Origin: Planctomycetota bacterium
Lineage (GTDB): Bacteria; Planctomycetota; UBA1135
Length of the DNA: 64,000 nt
NCBI GenBank assembly: GCA_045047305.1
Contig: JASFYO010000003.1
Coordinates: 32,001 to 96,000 of the forward strand
Direction of reading: 5' to 3'
Part shown: positions 47,576 through 57,357 of the stretch, piece by piece
Layout: each line of letters opens with the position of its first letter
Numbering within the stretch: the first letter of the stretch is position 1
Program-made: the position numbers and the translations under genes
The notes under the pieces: generated by a model
The model's database searches: none
The model's input: the letters and a program-made list of their open reading frames with translations, nothing else
What the model was told of the DNA's origin: nothing

Positions 47576-49186
47576 ATGCCGGGAACCATTAGCCACCTAA
47601 GTATTCTTTGCTCCGTATTCTTGTTGGTGCAAAGCCTTTCTGCCCAGGTTTATCAGTTTGAATTAGAACTTCCGAACCCAATTCCATTAGCCCAACTTTC
47701 CGATATTGATGGGGATGGCATCCCTGAGTATCTGGCGCAAGGATTGAATGCCCAAGGCGTGTTGAGCGGCCAGATTTACTCGATTGCTCGGGAAGAGGTT
47801 TTAGTGGAGTGGGCAACGCTGGATACAGATGGCATGGTTCTTTCTGGTTTGGGAGATGGCTACGATTTAAATGGCGACGGTTTTTTTGATGTGGTTTTTG
47901 CGGAGAGTAACGGCTTGACTGGTGAGGCCGAATTAGAAGCTCGTGATGGCCGTACCGGTGCAGTGCTTTGGCACCGCAGTGATTTTCATCTTCCTGCTCG
48001 ATTGCTTCGAACGCCAGCTGCAATAGGTGATCGCAACGGAGACGGAGTCATCGACTTCGTCCAACCTATCGCTGGTGGTGAAGTTGTCCACTTTTCTGGG
48101 GCAGACGGCACTACCTTGCAACGCAATCCAAGTGGATTCTTCAATGCTGCCGACGAATACACCAAAGCTGGGGACCTGGATCGCGACGGCATACCTGATT
48201 ATTTTGCCCAATTCTTTTTTTCTACTTGGGCCTTTTCAGGAGCTACCGATCAAATACTTTTCTCAATTCCAATTGTGCGCATTTTAGAAAGTTTAGCTTA
48301 CGTTGGAGATACCAATGGCGACGGCTTCGACGATTTTGCTTACTATCGGGTCGGTGCCAACGGCGAAGCGGAACCCATGGAGATTTGGACGGGCTCAGGT
48401 CCCGTGAAGTTAGGAGAGATTCCTGGCCATCATCCTGGCGAAAATTCCCACGCTTTTCCGATTCTTCATTATGACTGGGACGGAGACGGCACCCAGGATC
48501 TAGTGAGTTGGGGTTTAGAGGGAAGCATTCCTTATTCTTCTCCAGCTCCTCCTTATTTTCGCATCCATTCTTTTTCGCGTGGAGAAGATTTAGTGGTCTT
48601 GCCGGTGGGGCATGTTCCTAGTATTTACAACCATACTTTCGTCTACTTCCAAGAAGATTATGATGGGGATTCGAAGCCGGACCCTATTTATGGAACCAAT
48701 TCTCAGGGGGGCTTGGTGGACGTCGTTTCCCTGAAAGAGCATCTCACAGCAAATGTACCTTCCATCTCACAATCGGCTGGGGGAGTGATTGATTTTACTG
48801 TCGATGTCACCCCGCGCTTTGCTTTCCACGACGGTCTATTGCTTGTGGGAGTTGACGGTAGATACACGGGGAATGAAGTCTTTAATTCCAGCGAGTTTTG
48901 GCTTAAGTTCGGAGTTCGTTATGAATTAGCCTTGCCATTTGGTCGAGCACTTTTTACCAATCAAATTTGGCGCCTCCGCGGTAGCGGAAGATCCAAAGAA
49001 AGCCGCTTCACCCTAACTTTCGATGCCATGGGCCAAGGGCACTTAACCCTGGCTATTGCCCCTGGAGAAATCCCGTTGGATCAAGTCGGCCATAAGCTTA
49101 AGTTCGCATTCCTGTTGCCAGATGTAGATGACCCACAGTTTCCCGAAGGCACAACGGAAGCTGTCGCGATTGAGGTATTGCCTTAA
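47576..49186 (+). CDS. Secreted FG-GAP repeat protein
   Basis: Signal peptide; DIDGDGIPE, DLNGDGFFD, DRNGDGVID, DLDRDGIPD, DTNGDGFDD, DWDGDGTQD, DYDGDSKPD. Confidence 0.85.
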   Translation: MPGTISHLSILCSVFLLVQSLSAQVYQFELELPNPIPLAQLSDIDGDGIPEYLAQGLNAQGVLSGQIYSIAREEVLVEWATLDTDGMVLSGLGDGYDLNGDGFFDVVFAESNGLTGEAELEARDGRTGAVLWHRSDFHLPARLLRTPAAIGDRNGDGVIDFVQPIAGGEVVHFSGADGTTLQRNPSGFFNAADEYTKAGDLDRDGIPDYFAQFFFSTWAFSGATDQILFSIPIVRILESLAYVGDTNGDGFDDFAYYRVGANGEAEPMEIWTGSGPVKLGEIPGHHPGENSHAFPILHYDWDGDGTQDLVSWGLEGSIPYSSPAPPYFRIHSFSRGEDLVVLPVGHVPSIYNHTFVYFQEDYDGDSKPDPIYGTNSQGGLVDVVSLKEHLTANVPSISQSAGGVIDFTVDVTPRFAFHDGLLLVGVDGRYTGNEVFNSSEFWLKFGVRYELALPFGRALFTNQIWRLRGSGRSKESRFTLTFDAMGQGHLTLAIAPGEIPLDQVGHKLKFAFLLPDVDDPQFPEGTTEAVAIEVLP

Positions 49187-49216
49187 TCGCATTTCTTTTT
49201 CGAAACCCATTCCATC

Positions 49217-52200
49217 ATGATTTTAGCAGCCCTTTTTTCGTCTGCCTTTCTAACCCTTTCGTGCCCGCAAGCCGAATTCTCATTTGAAGACTCGACGGTA
49301 GATGTAAAGCTTCGCGATACGAGTTCACTAATCATCAATAGTCGCTACACCTCTCAAACCCAAGACTCGCACATTATTGGCGGATCCTTTGTGGACCTCA
49401 ATGGTGACGGGTTTCCGGAATTGATTTTGCCTGCCCAGCGAAACGTTGGTTTTCCTCATTTACAGGATGAAGGTGGATTCCTAATCCTTGCTAACCTCCC
49501 GGACCCACAAAATCCGCAGGTACGTATTTTTGATAACTCTCCCTTGGAGCACGCCCCGAGTAATCCCAACTTTTTTGACACCCCGTTCCCAGGCTCTCGC
49601 GCCCACGAGGTTCAAGGAATCCTCGCCGGTGATTACAATAACGATGGCAAACTAGACTTACTGATCGTGTGTGGAGGTGAGTACAAAGCCACTCCTGGCT
49701 CGCCCACCGACATGAGCATTTTCGAAGGAGTCGTTGGTGCCGATAGCCCTGTCGACAAACCATTAAGAAACCTTCTGTATATCAATATGACAGAAACAGA
49801 AGCCGAGGTGCTTGGGGGAGGGGGCACGTTTAATCCTGCCGAATTCTCCTTTGGTTTAGTCAATTACGGAGATACGGACCCCAATGCGAATGGCGCCTTT
49901 CAGGCCTTTGATGGTCACGGAATCCAATATACGCAGGAACCATCTTCGGTAATCCCTGCCTACCAAACAACACCTTCTCAGCCGGAAGATTTTGATGTCC
50001 ATGGGATTTTGGTGAGGGATAAAACGATCTTCCCAACTCATTCTTCTGTTGCCGCTGCATCGGACATGAATCGCGATGGTCGCCTGGACCTCTTTATTGG
50101 TTCTCATCATTCTGGTGGAGGAGCAGGTGGGGGGTACAGGTCCGGCCAAATGAATGGTCTGTACTTGAACGTTGGGAATGTCGGGAAAGTCGTGACGAAG
50201 TACACCGTAATAAACGGTGCTCTTCAGGGAGGTGGAGTTTCCGTGTCTGCACTGGTTCCGCAGTTTGTAGACATCACCTATGACAGAAACAATTACCCGG
50301 AGGCTTTTCCTCCTCCGCCGGGTGGTCAGCCAGTAATCTCGACGGACTTAATTGCTTGGCAAGACTACTTGCCCCTCTTTGGTTTACAAGGGCGGTGCAA
50401 CTGCCGAGACTCCTATCTCATCCCTTGCAGTGACCCGATTAAGCGGTTCTCGGCTTTGAATTCGGTTGTCTTTACCGATGTCAATAATGATAACTGGCCA
50501 GATATGATTTTGGGTAATAAAGGATTTGGTGCAAGTTCCTTTTTCGGGCCGATTCATAGTGAATTTCCTGGAGTTGGTGGACTTTTCCCATCTTACAAAT
50601 GGATGGATCCTGATTCTATTTACATTAATCGTGGATCTCGTCTGAATCCTGCTACTGGAATCTATGAATGGCTGGGGTATTGGAATCGTGGTTGGGACCT
50701 ATTGGAATCAAGCCCCACTCCTTACCAAACCAATGCTCCAATGGGAATTGCAGTCGCTGACTACGATATGGATGGCGACATGGACTTCTATCTCTCCGAC
50801 GTCTCTTTTGACTTAGGTGAAATCGAAGATCTTTATCAGCTTGTTGGCGACCAACACATGAGCATGGGAGGGTGGTTTTTCCGAAATGAAACCCAGGTCG
50901 CTGAAGGACAATTTGAGCAGACCGATATTGCGTTTCAGTTCTCAGGCGGTGATCTCGTAGAGCCCAATGGTGCAGGTGGAGGCCAACTAGATTTACGAGG
51001 CACCTCGGTAACTCCCATGTGGTTTGGTTGGGGAGGAGCGTTTGGCGACTTTGACATGGATGGAGATATGGATTTATATGCTGGCGCTCACGGAGACCTT
51101 GGACGGCCAGACGGGGATCGCTTTCTAGAAGCCATATTCTCAGGGTCTCCCGCCTTTACGGATCCCATCAGCGGACTTCTTGTTCCCATGGAGGCCATGT
51201 GGGATAGAGTTTTCGAGAACACGCGGGCCGGAACAGATGCAGCGACCTTTAACTCTTCTGGGCATATCCAAATGGTTGATTACAATCCAGCAGAGGCTCA
51301 TGCGCCACTTTTAGATTTCCCCAACAACTATTTAGCTCCAGAAATTACCCGGCGCAACGTCACCACCAATGTTCTGTCTGGGGATTACGACCAAGATGGC
51401 TTCATTGACCTGGTGGTGCTGCCCGGAAGCTCTAGCGCTAACGGTCTTCGCTCCATGCAAGTTTTCCATGGTCTAGGCAATACGCAAGGTGCCCCTAACG
51501 GGCGACTGACGATTCGCCTTGACGGGGGAACTAGCTGTGCCTCATGTACTCAGCACGCGATTGGAGCCAAGGTCATGTTGACGGCATGGTTAGATGGCAC
51601 AACCCCCATGACGCAAACTCGTGAGTTGCGGATCGGTGGCGCCAATGGTGCAACCACAGACAGCCTTCCGTTGGAGTTTGGTGTTGGTTTGCATCCCGTT
51701 GGAACGTCGATTGGTTACACCGTGTTATGGCCCTGCGGGTCTGAGGAAAGCGGAACGCTCACTGGGTCTGCAACCATCACGCACACCACTTGTCCTCCTC
51801 CGATTGCTTGGGATGTGTTTGTCGCAGTGCCTCCTTTCCAACCTTTCGATGTGAGTGATGCCACAGTTCCAATCCAAGTGATGGCTCAGCTCTCGGTTTC
51901 CGGAGGCGGTGGGCTTGAGGCTTTAGGCATTGCTGCTTCTGAGTTGTCGATGCGTAATAGTGGTAGTGGAGATTCCTTCTTTCCTGTCGGAATGGACCAT
52001 CTATTCACGGATTTCACCGGGTCGCAATCCGGTCCATTGGGGCTTCCGCAAGGAGGGTATTTCCGCTTTGATGTAACACCAATTCGTTATCCGGTTGATT
52101 TGGATGCCCAGGGCTTCCCCATTGCAACCGATTACGATTTGCGGGTTCGTTCTTGGAACCGAGCTTTGGATTCTTCGGAAGCCGATTCCTCTACCGGGCT

Positions 52201-52651
52201 TGGTCCAATCACGATTATCCCTGAGTTGAATGACACGGATTTTGGGAATCCAATCTGGAGCCGAGTGAATACTTCTGACCCCGGAGCAGGTATTGGCACT
52301 GTCCTAGAAATCGACCCAGGCAATGGGACTGGACCTGGAAGGGTTTGGAAGGATTTCGGCTTTCCTGCTGACACGGACTTTTCTGAGTACTACATAGTTT
52401 ATGATGTCTTGGTTTCTCCAGGAAATGTTGGAAGTACTCATGAAATCTCTCTTTCCTGTCCGGACAACCCAAGCATCGGCGATGTCGTTGCAACTTTTAC
52501 CGATTCTGGCCGCATCATGGTAGTTCTAGATGGTGTCCCTCCTTTTGAGCGCAGCACACTCCTTGAACTTGCCATTGTGAATTCAGGTTCAATAGATTTC
52601 GTTTTGAATTCAGTAGAGCGTTCTCATGCACCTGCGTTGTGTGCGAATTGA
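49217..52651 (+). CDS. CRTAC1-like FG-GAP/ASPIC-UnbV secreted protein
   Basis: DLNGDG, DYNNDGKLD, DYDMDGDMD, DFDMDGDMD repeats followed by AIGAKV...QTREL.IGG...LEFGVG...WPCG. Confidence 0.85.
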   Translation: MILAALFSSAFLTLSCPQAEFSFEDSTVDVKLRDTSSLIINSRYTSQTQDSHIIGGSFVDLNGDGFPELILPAQRNVGFPHLQDEGGFLILANLPDPQNPQVRIFDNSPLEHAPSNPNFFDTPFPGSRAHEVQGILAGDYNNDGKLDLLIVCGGEYKATPGSPTDMSIFEGVVGADSPVDKPLRNLLYINMTETEAEVLGGGGTFNPAEFSFGLVNYGDTDPNANGAFQAFDGHGIQYTQEPSSVIPAYQTTPSQPEDFDVHGILVRDKTIFPTHSSVAAASDMNRDGRLDLFIGSHHSGGGAGGGYRSGQMNGLYLNVGNVGKVVTKYTVINGALQGGGVSVSALVPQFVDITYDRNNYPEAFPPPPGGQPVISTDLIAWQDYLPLFGLQGRCNCRDSYLIPCSDPIKRFSALNSVVFTDVNNDNWPDMILGNKGFGASSFFGPIHSEFPGVGGLFPSYKWMDPDSIYINRGSRLNPATGIYEWLGYWNRGWDLLESSPTPYQTNAPMGIAVADYDMDGDMDFYLSDVSFDLGEIEDLYQLVGDQHMSMGGWFFRNETQVAEGQFEQTDIAFQFSGGDLVEPNGAGGGQLDLRGTSVTPMWFGWGGAFGDFDMDGDMDLYAGAHGDLGRPDGDRFLEAIFSGSPAFTDPISGLLVPMEAMWDRVFENTRAGTDAATFNSSGHIQMVDYNPAEAHAPLLDFPNNYLAPEITRRNVTTNVLSGDYDQDGFIDLVVLPGSSSANGLRSMQVFHGLGNTQGAPNGRLTIRLDGGTSCASCTQHAIGAKVMLTAWLDGTTPMTQTRELRIGGANGATTDSLPLEFGVGLHPVGTSIGYTVLWPCGSEESGTLTGSATITHTTCPPPIAWDVFVAVPPFQPFDVSDATVPIQVMAQLSVSGGGGLEALGIAASELSMRNSGSGDSFFPVGMDHLFTDFTGSQSGPLGLPQGGYFRFDVTPIRYPVDLDAQGFPIATDYDLRVRSWNRALDSSEADSSTGLGPITIIPELNDTDFGNPIWSRVNTSDPGAGIGTVLEIDPGNGTGPGRVWKDFGFPADTDFSEYYIVYDVLVSPGNVGSTHEISLSCPDNPSIGDVVATFTDSGRIMVVLDGVPPFERSTLLELAIVNSGSIDFVLNSVERSHAPALCAN

Positions 52652-52693
52652 GAGGCATCGGCTTCTAGGGGAGTAAGCTAACCGCCTCCTTTT

Positions 52694-52724
52694 GAGCCTG
52701 GACAAAGATTGTCCAGGCTCTTTT
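52694..52724 (+). terminator. Rho-independent terminator after the CRTAC1-like gene
   Basis: GAGCCTGGACAA-AGA-TTGTCCAGGCTC followed by TTTT. Confidence 0.8.
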
Positions 52725-52788
52725 CGTTTGCCCGGAGGGTAGCTCCTAGGCTCGCTGGGGGAGGCGTGTCCCCGTTGACCATTGCATA

Positions 52789-52932
52789 AACGCCGGCATT
52801 CGCGATTTCGAGCTCGAAACTTACACCCTTCCGGTGCTGCCGGCGGAGTTTCTGGCCGAACGTGGGCAGGTCGGCACCATGGTCGATGAAAGTTTGTCGT
52901 GTATTCAGGCTCTCACGCTTGACACGAGGTAG
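52789..52932 (+). repeat. Direct repeat copy 2: orphaned eboE 3' fragment (NAGIRDFELETY...LTLDTR*)
   Basis: 137-bp near-identical copy (52789-52925) plus its own TAG stop at 52930-52932; weaker homology extends about 20 nt upstream. Confidence 0.9.
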
Positions 52933-52947
52933 GACGGCCTTTATCTT
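52919..52947 (+). promoter_or_regulatory. Sigma70 promoter of tRNA-Glu
   Basis: TTGACA-17 nt-TATCTT, 27 nt upstream of the tRNA. Confidence 0.7.
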
Positions 52948-52974
52948 TCTCGCCGGTTTGCCCGTTGGGCACCC

Positions 52975-53052
52975 GGTCCCATCGTCTAGTCTGGCCTAGG
53001 ACACCAGGTTTTCATCCTGGCAACAGGGGTTCGAATCCCCTTGGGATCACCA
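52975..53052 (+). tRNA. tRNA-Glu(TTC)
   Basis: Acceptor GGTCCCA/TGGGATC, anticodon arm CCAGG-TT-TTC-AT-CCTGG, T-arm AGGGG-TTCGAAT-CCCCT, encoded CCA. Confidence 0.97.
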
Positions 53053-53057
53053 AGCAG

Positions 53058-53092
53058 CCCGTCAATTTCTCACGAAATTGGCGGGTTTTTTT
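53058..53092 (+). terminator. Rho-independent terminator after tRNA-Glu (may also serve xerC)
   Basis: CCCGTCAATTTC-TCAC-GAAATTGGCGGG followed by T7. Confidence 0.85.
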
Positions 53093-53097
53093 ATGCC

Positions 53098-54003
53098 TCA
53101 ATCGGCAAGCGGATGCGCCTGCTGATACAGCTTGCGCAAGCCTTCCACCGAGACGTGGGTGTAGATCTGCGTGCTGCCCAAACTGGCGTGCCCGAGCAGC
53201 TCCTGAACGCTGCGTAAATCCGCGCCACGGCTGAGCAAATGGGTGGCAAAACTATGCCGCAAAGTGTGCGGCGAACAATGCCGATGGATGCCAGCGCGTT
53301 GTAAACACTTCTCCAAAATCCGTCGCACCGAACGGTCGGTTAGGCGAGTGCCAAAACGATTCAGGAACAAGGTTCCGCGGTCCAGTTGCATGATGCCCTT
53401 ATGCACAAAGTAGCGCTCCAGGGCCTGGCATGCCGGTTTGCCCAGCATGCCCAAGCGCTCCTTGCGTCCCTTGCCTTGCAGACGCGTCAGCCCGCGGCGC
53501 AAGTCCACATCGTGCTCATTCAGTGCCACCAACTCGGCAACACGACAGCCAGTGGAGTAAAGCACCTCCAATAGCGCGCGGTCGCGATACTCCTCGGCAT
53601 CCTCTGCACAGGGGGCCGCCAGCAGGCGTTCAATTTCCTCTTCTTCCAGGAAGCGTGGCAGCCGCCGGCCTTTGCGCGGTCCGCGCAACGCAGATGCCGG
53701 ATTGGTTTGGATATGCCCCACCTCTTCCATCCACGCAAAGAAAATGCGCAGGGTACTCAGATGGCGTGCCAAGGTCGATGGGCTTAAGCCTTCTTCGGTC
53801 AAGGTGCCTAAATAAAGCCGCAGTCGTGCTGTGCGGAGCTCCATCGGCGGGGGTAGCGGCAGTTCTTCTGGCTGCGGGGCAAGGTAGGCAAAGAAGCGCA
53901 CCAAATCCCTCTGGTAAGCGTTCAGAGTGTTGGGGCTGACCTGCCGCACATCGCGCAAATGGCCCATGAAGGCGTCGCGCAGCTGGAGGAGGTCATGGGG
54001 CAT
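53098..54003 (-). CDS. xerC: Tyrosine recombinase XerC/XerD family
   Basis: SPNTLNAYQRDL, RDRALLEVLYSTGCRVAEL, GKGRKER, SPHTLRHSFATHLL, QELLGHASLGSTQIYTHV. Confidence 0.88.
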   Translation of the reverse strand: MPHDLLQLRDAFMGHLRDVRQVSPNTLNAYQRDLVRFFAYLAPQPEELPLPPPMELRTARLRLYLGTLTEEGLSPSTLARHLSTLRIFFAWMEEVGHIQTNPASALRGPRKGRRLPRFLEEEEIERLLAAPCAEDAEEYRDRALLEVLYSTGCRVAELVALNEHDVDLRRGLTRLQGKGRKERLGMLGKPACQALERYFVHKGIMQLDRGTLFLNRFGTRLTDRSVRRILEKCLQRAGIHRHCSPHTLRHSFATHLLSRGADLRSVQELLGHASLGSTQIYTHVSVEGLRKLYQQAHPLAD

Positions 54004-54047
54004 AGAGCCATCATACTCTTAGGGCAAAGGCCTCGACTGCTTGCGGA

Positions 54048-55028
54048 CTACTTCATCTTCCCGAGTAGACGCGCACGCACACGCGGGTGCAGTTGGAGAA
54101 TGGGTGATAGTGGCGGAGTTTCTTCGGTAGCCTTTTTTACGGATTCAAATACGGGAGCCCGGCCGATGGAAAGCAGAAATGCATCCAGGGTGCTGGTGAA
54201 TAATGGCCGGGCTTTTTTGTGTTCCAAAATGCCAGCCGTGGTTGCCATGATATGCGCCAATAAGAGTGCATCACGGTCTTTGGAAAAGGACAGGATGGTC
54301 CCGGCATCGTAATAAGCCTGGGCGCTCTTTAAGCATCCTTTAGCAATCCAGGCCTGTGTTTCTTGGAGCATAGCTTGCCACTTGGCTAATCCTTTCTCGT
54401 CTTTTGCCGCAGAAGCCTTTTTCGCTTTCTTAGCAGTGCTTTTCAAATACTTCTCCGCTGCCTTGATGGACTTTTTGTTCCGCGTATTTCCTTTAAGAGG
54501 GGTGCCCGTTAATCCGCTGGCGTCTCCTCGATACAACGCAACGATTGCGTCGCTTAATAAAGCAGAAGTATCCCCCAAATCCAAACCGGCCTCGTCGAAT
54601 GTTTGTGAGCCAAAGCGTTGCGGCATATCGACATAACCCAAAAAACGGTCGAGTGCCGCGGCGGCCATGAAATAGGCTTCATCCATTTGCTCCATGGAAG
54701 CAGTCGAAGCCAAAATATGCGCCATCAAGAAATCGTCGGTGCCGGTGCCGTGCTGTAAAAGCCAAGCCGCATAGTTGTAGTCCTTGGGGGTGCTCATGAG
54801 ACCCGCAGCGACTAAGGCCGTAACCCGTGTATGGCGCTCGTCAGAACGCTTGGCGAGTTCCTCTTCCGAAACCTCGCCCCATAAGTTTTGATCTTCTTGG
54901 TCAGCTTGGTAAAGCGCAGCTAATTCCACGCTTGCTCTCTGTAGTTCCTTTTTACTGACCTTTTTCTGTGCTAATGCTGGAGACAGAAGGAGGAAGCTGG
55001 CGAGTAAGATTGAGAGGTAGGTTCGCAT
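54048..55028 (-). CDS. Secreted helical hypothetical protein with internal duplication
   Basis: Signal peptide MRTYLSILL...ALA-Q; LYQADQEDQ; repeated Y..A..L......D.L.AHI.A.TA......A.....LD.FL pattern. Confidence 0.7.
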   Translation of the reverse strand: MRTYLSILLASFLLLSPALAQKKVSKKELQRASVELAALYQADQEDQNLWGEVSEEELAKRSDERHTRVTALVAAGLMSTPKDYNYAAWLLQHGTGTDDFLMAHILASTASMEQMDEAYFMAAAALDRFLGYVDMPQRFGSQTFDEAGLDLGDTSALLSDAIVALYRGDASGLTGTPLKGNTRNKKSIKAAEKYLKSTAKKAKKASAAKDEKGLAKWQAMLQETQAWIAKGCLKSAQAYYDAGTILSFSKDRDALLLAHIMATTAGILEHKKARPLFTSTLDAFLLSIGRAPVFESVKKATEETPPLSPILQLHPRVRARLLGKMK

Positions 55029-55139
55029 GAGGTTTAGGCCGTAGTCTGGTCCGCGTTGAGCGTAAGCCATCGTTATCTTGAATAGCGTAGAATAAGCTCC
55101 TCTTGGACAGGAGATTTCGATTTCTCGCCGAACCACCTC

Positions 55140-56510
55140 ATGACCACCCTCCGCGTCACCTGCCTTGCACGGTCCCGCAACTTGCCCTCGCCCGCGGTTT
55201 GCCTGCAGGCTTTGGATGGTGGTATGGAGCCCATGTTGCTGGAGAGTTCCAGTGGAGATGGATTCACCGTGCTTGCGTGGTCGCCTGATCGGCATTTGCG
55301 AGGCAATGTCCATCCCGACGGCCGCGATGACCACGCTTGGCCTCTTGCCTCCACCGACCCGGCACAGTTGCTGGAAGACGCCTCGGCCGATGAATCGTGG
55401 GAGTTCGAAGCCGGTTTGCCTCATGTTGGAGTTGGTTGGATTGGCTGGTTCGGCTTTGAGTGCGGTCATGCTTTTGAAAACTTCCCGTGGAATCCTCCAT
55501 ACCCAGACGGCTGGCCTGATTACCACTTTGCCCGCTACCGCCAGGCATTAGTTTGGTTACCGGATGGCGAGTGTTTGTTGTTGCAGGCCCAGGTGCAAGG
55601 CAATGAAGACCGTGCGCGCGCTTTGCAGTGGTTCGAGAAGTTACAACAGGTTCAGCCGGAAGCGGAAAAGGAAAACTCCACGCTTGACCTCACGCAATTG
55701 AGCGCTGAAATCGGAGAACATCGGTTCTGCGCCGACGTCACTCGCTTGCGTGACTGGATTGGCGAAGGCGAACTATTCCAAGCGAACCTTTCGCATTTCC
55801 TCAGCGGCCCCTTCCGCCATGCCGCGCGCGCGCTTTATGCCCAGCTGCGCGAATCCCAGCCGACTGCGATGAGTGCTTACTGGGAAGATGCGCGGGGCCA
55901 CGCCTTGGTTTCGCATTCGCCGGAACGTTTTCTCCAAGTGCGTGGTGCATCTCTTCTTACCGAACCGATTAAGGGCACGGCAAAACGCGGCGCAAGTGCT
56001 GAGGAAGATGTACAAATTGCCGCTGACTTAGAAGTCGATCAAAAGGAAGTCGCCGAGTTGACTATGATTGTGGATATGGCGCGCAATGATTTAGGCCGCA
56101 TAGCGGAAGTCGGGGCGGTGGAAGTGCCGTCTGCGGGGGAAGTGGAAAGTTACCCCACCTTGTTTCATCGCATAGCAACGGTGCGTGCGCGCTGGAATCC
56201 TGAAAAAGGCCTTGCCGCGCTCCTACGCGCCACATTCCCTCCGGCATCGGTGACAGGCGCTCCCAAAGTGCGTGCGCTGCAGGCCATTGCGGAGCTGGAA
56301 CGTCGTGCGCGGGGACCTTATTGCGGATGCCTCGGCTATTGGATCCCTGGCCCAGAACCGCATGCCGATTTCTCGGTGTTGATTCGCACTGCCACGCTAT
56401 CGCGCGAACGACTACGCCTAGCGGTAGGCGCCGGCATCGTATGGGATTCCGATCCCGAACGAGAATGGCATGAGACCTTGCTCAAGGGACGTTACCTTAC
56501 CGGCGCATGA
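55140..56510 (+). CDS. pabB: Aminodeoxychorismate synthase component I / anthranilate synthase I family
   Basis: MLLES, GELFQANLS, SPERFL, PIKGT, MIVDMARNDLGR, FPPASVTGAPK, RGPYCG, GAGIVWDS; paired with a class IV aminotransferase. Confidence 0.82.
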   Translation: MTTLRVTCLARSRNLPSPAVCLQALDGGMEPMLLESSSGDGFTVLAWSPDRHLRGNVHPDGRDDHAWPLASTDPAQLLEDASADESWEFEAGLPHVGVGWIGWFGFECGHAFENFPWNPPYPDGWPDYHFARYRQALVWLPDGECLLLQAQVQGNEDRARALQWFEKLQQVQPEAEKENSTLDLTQLSAEIGEHRFCADVTRLRDWIGEGELFQANLSHFLSGPFRHAARALYAQLRESQPTAMSAYWEDARGHALVSHSPERFLQVRGASLLTEPIKGTAKRGASAEEDVQIAADLEVDQKEVAELTMIVDMARNDLGRIAEVGAVEVPSAGEVESYPTLFHRIATVRARWNPEKGLAALLRATFPPASVTGAPKVRALQAIAELERRARGPYCGCLGYWIPGPEPHADFSVLIRTATLSRERLRLAVGAGIVWDSDPEREWHETLLKGRYLTGA

Positions 56511-57349
56511 AGCCCGTCCAGGACCCAACCCGCATCCTCATGTTGGATGGTGCCATCTATGATGCCGAGCAACCCTCGCTGCTTGCAAGTTGGCCGGGCG
56601 TGTTGCGCGGAGAAGGCATATTTGAAACCTTTTTGGTGCGTGGCGGGGTGCCATCGCCCATGCTGCCGCAACACGATGCCCGCTTGGTTCACAGCGCCAA
56701 ACTCACCGGCTTCAGCGTTGCGGCGGGAGACCTCACTGCTCAGTATCAGAAGTTCGCGCAGCTCTTGGATGACAGCAATTGGAGGGTGCGCCTTACGGTT
56801 CTGCGCGGCCTAGAAAACCAGCAGCATTTCATGTGGACTGCTGGGGCGGAACCGGCGCAAAAGGAGTGCGTCACGCTACAAATCTCTGACCATCGGCTCG
56901 ACCCGCTGGACCCGATAGCAGGGGCAAAAACCGTGTCCCGCATAGGCCTTCAGGTCGCGCGTAAGAAGGCTCAGGATCTCGGCGCTTACGATGCCATTCT
57001 GCGCACCATCGATGGCGATTTGGCCGAAGGCACCTCCACCAACCTCTTCCTGTGGATGGACGATGCCCTCCACACGCCGAGCCTAGATCGGGGCATTTTG
57101 GGTGGCGTTACCCGTCAAACGGTGCTGAAGGCCTGTAGAGCGGCCGACATTCCAGTTTTTGAGCGAAGAATCGAGTTAAAGGAGCTGGCCTCGGCCGTAG
57201 AGGTATATATCACCAATGCAGTGATTGGCGTGACTCCGGTTGCGAGTATCCTGCAGTGGAGAGACCAGCTTCCCGGCCCCAAGGGCCCCGCCCTCCAGCG
57301 GATTCGGCAAGCTTATGTCGCTTACCTCGCGTCAATGACCCCAGCCTGA
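56507..57349 (+). CDS. pabC: Aminotransferase class IV, probably 4-amino-4-deoxychorismate lyase
   Basis: GEGIFET, H.ARL..SA, GAKT, EGTSTNLF, GILGGVTR, TNAVIG. Confidence 0.78.
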   Translation: MKPVQDPTRILMLDGAIYDAEQPSLLASWPGVLRGEGIFETFLVRGGVPSPMLPQHDARLVHSAKLTGFSVAAGDLTAQYQKFAQLLDDSNWRVRLTVLRGLENQQHFMWTAGAEPAQKECVTLQISDHRLDPLDPIAGAKTVSRIGLQVARKKAQDLGAYDAILRTIDGDLAEGTSTNLFLWMDDALHTPSLDRGILGGVTRQTVLKACRAADIPVFERRIELKELASAVEVYITNAVIGVTPVASILQWRDQLPGPKGPALQRIRQAYVAYLASMTPA

Positions 57350-57357
57350 TGGACCCC

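Larger units (their letters stand above)
47481..52788. mobile_element. Putative inserted island between direct repeats (no integrase inside)
   Basis: Bounded by the duplicated eboE 3' end; visibly more AT-rich than the flanks; carries two secreted FG-GAP genes. Confidence 0.6.

Noticed and set aside
52965..53234. 89-aa ORF in the track
   Set aside because: It overlaps tRNA-Glu and its terminator; spurious
53098..54003. Tyrosine recombinase beside a tRNA as a phage or island integrase
   Set aside because: It is ~300 aa with housekeeping XerC/D motifs, lies outside the direct repeats, and no duplicated tRNA 3' end or phage genes were seen
55140..56510. trpE linked to the tryptophan operon
   Set aside because: Pairing with a class IV aminotransferase points to pabB-pabC folate precursor synthesis, and it lies over 40 kb from the kyn genes
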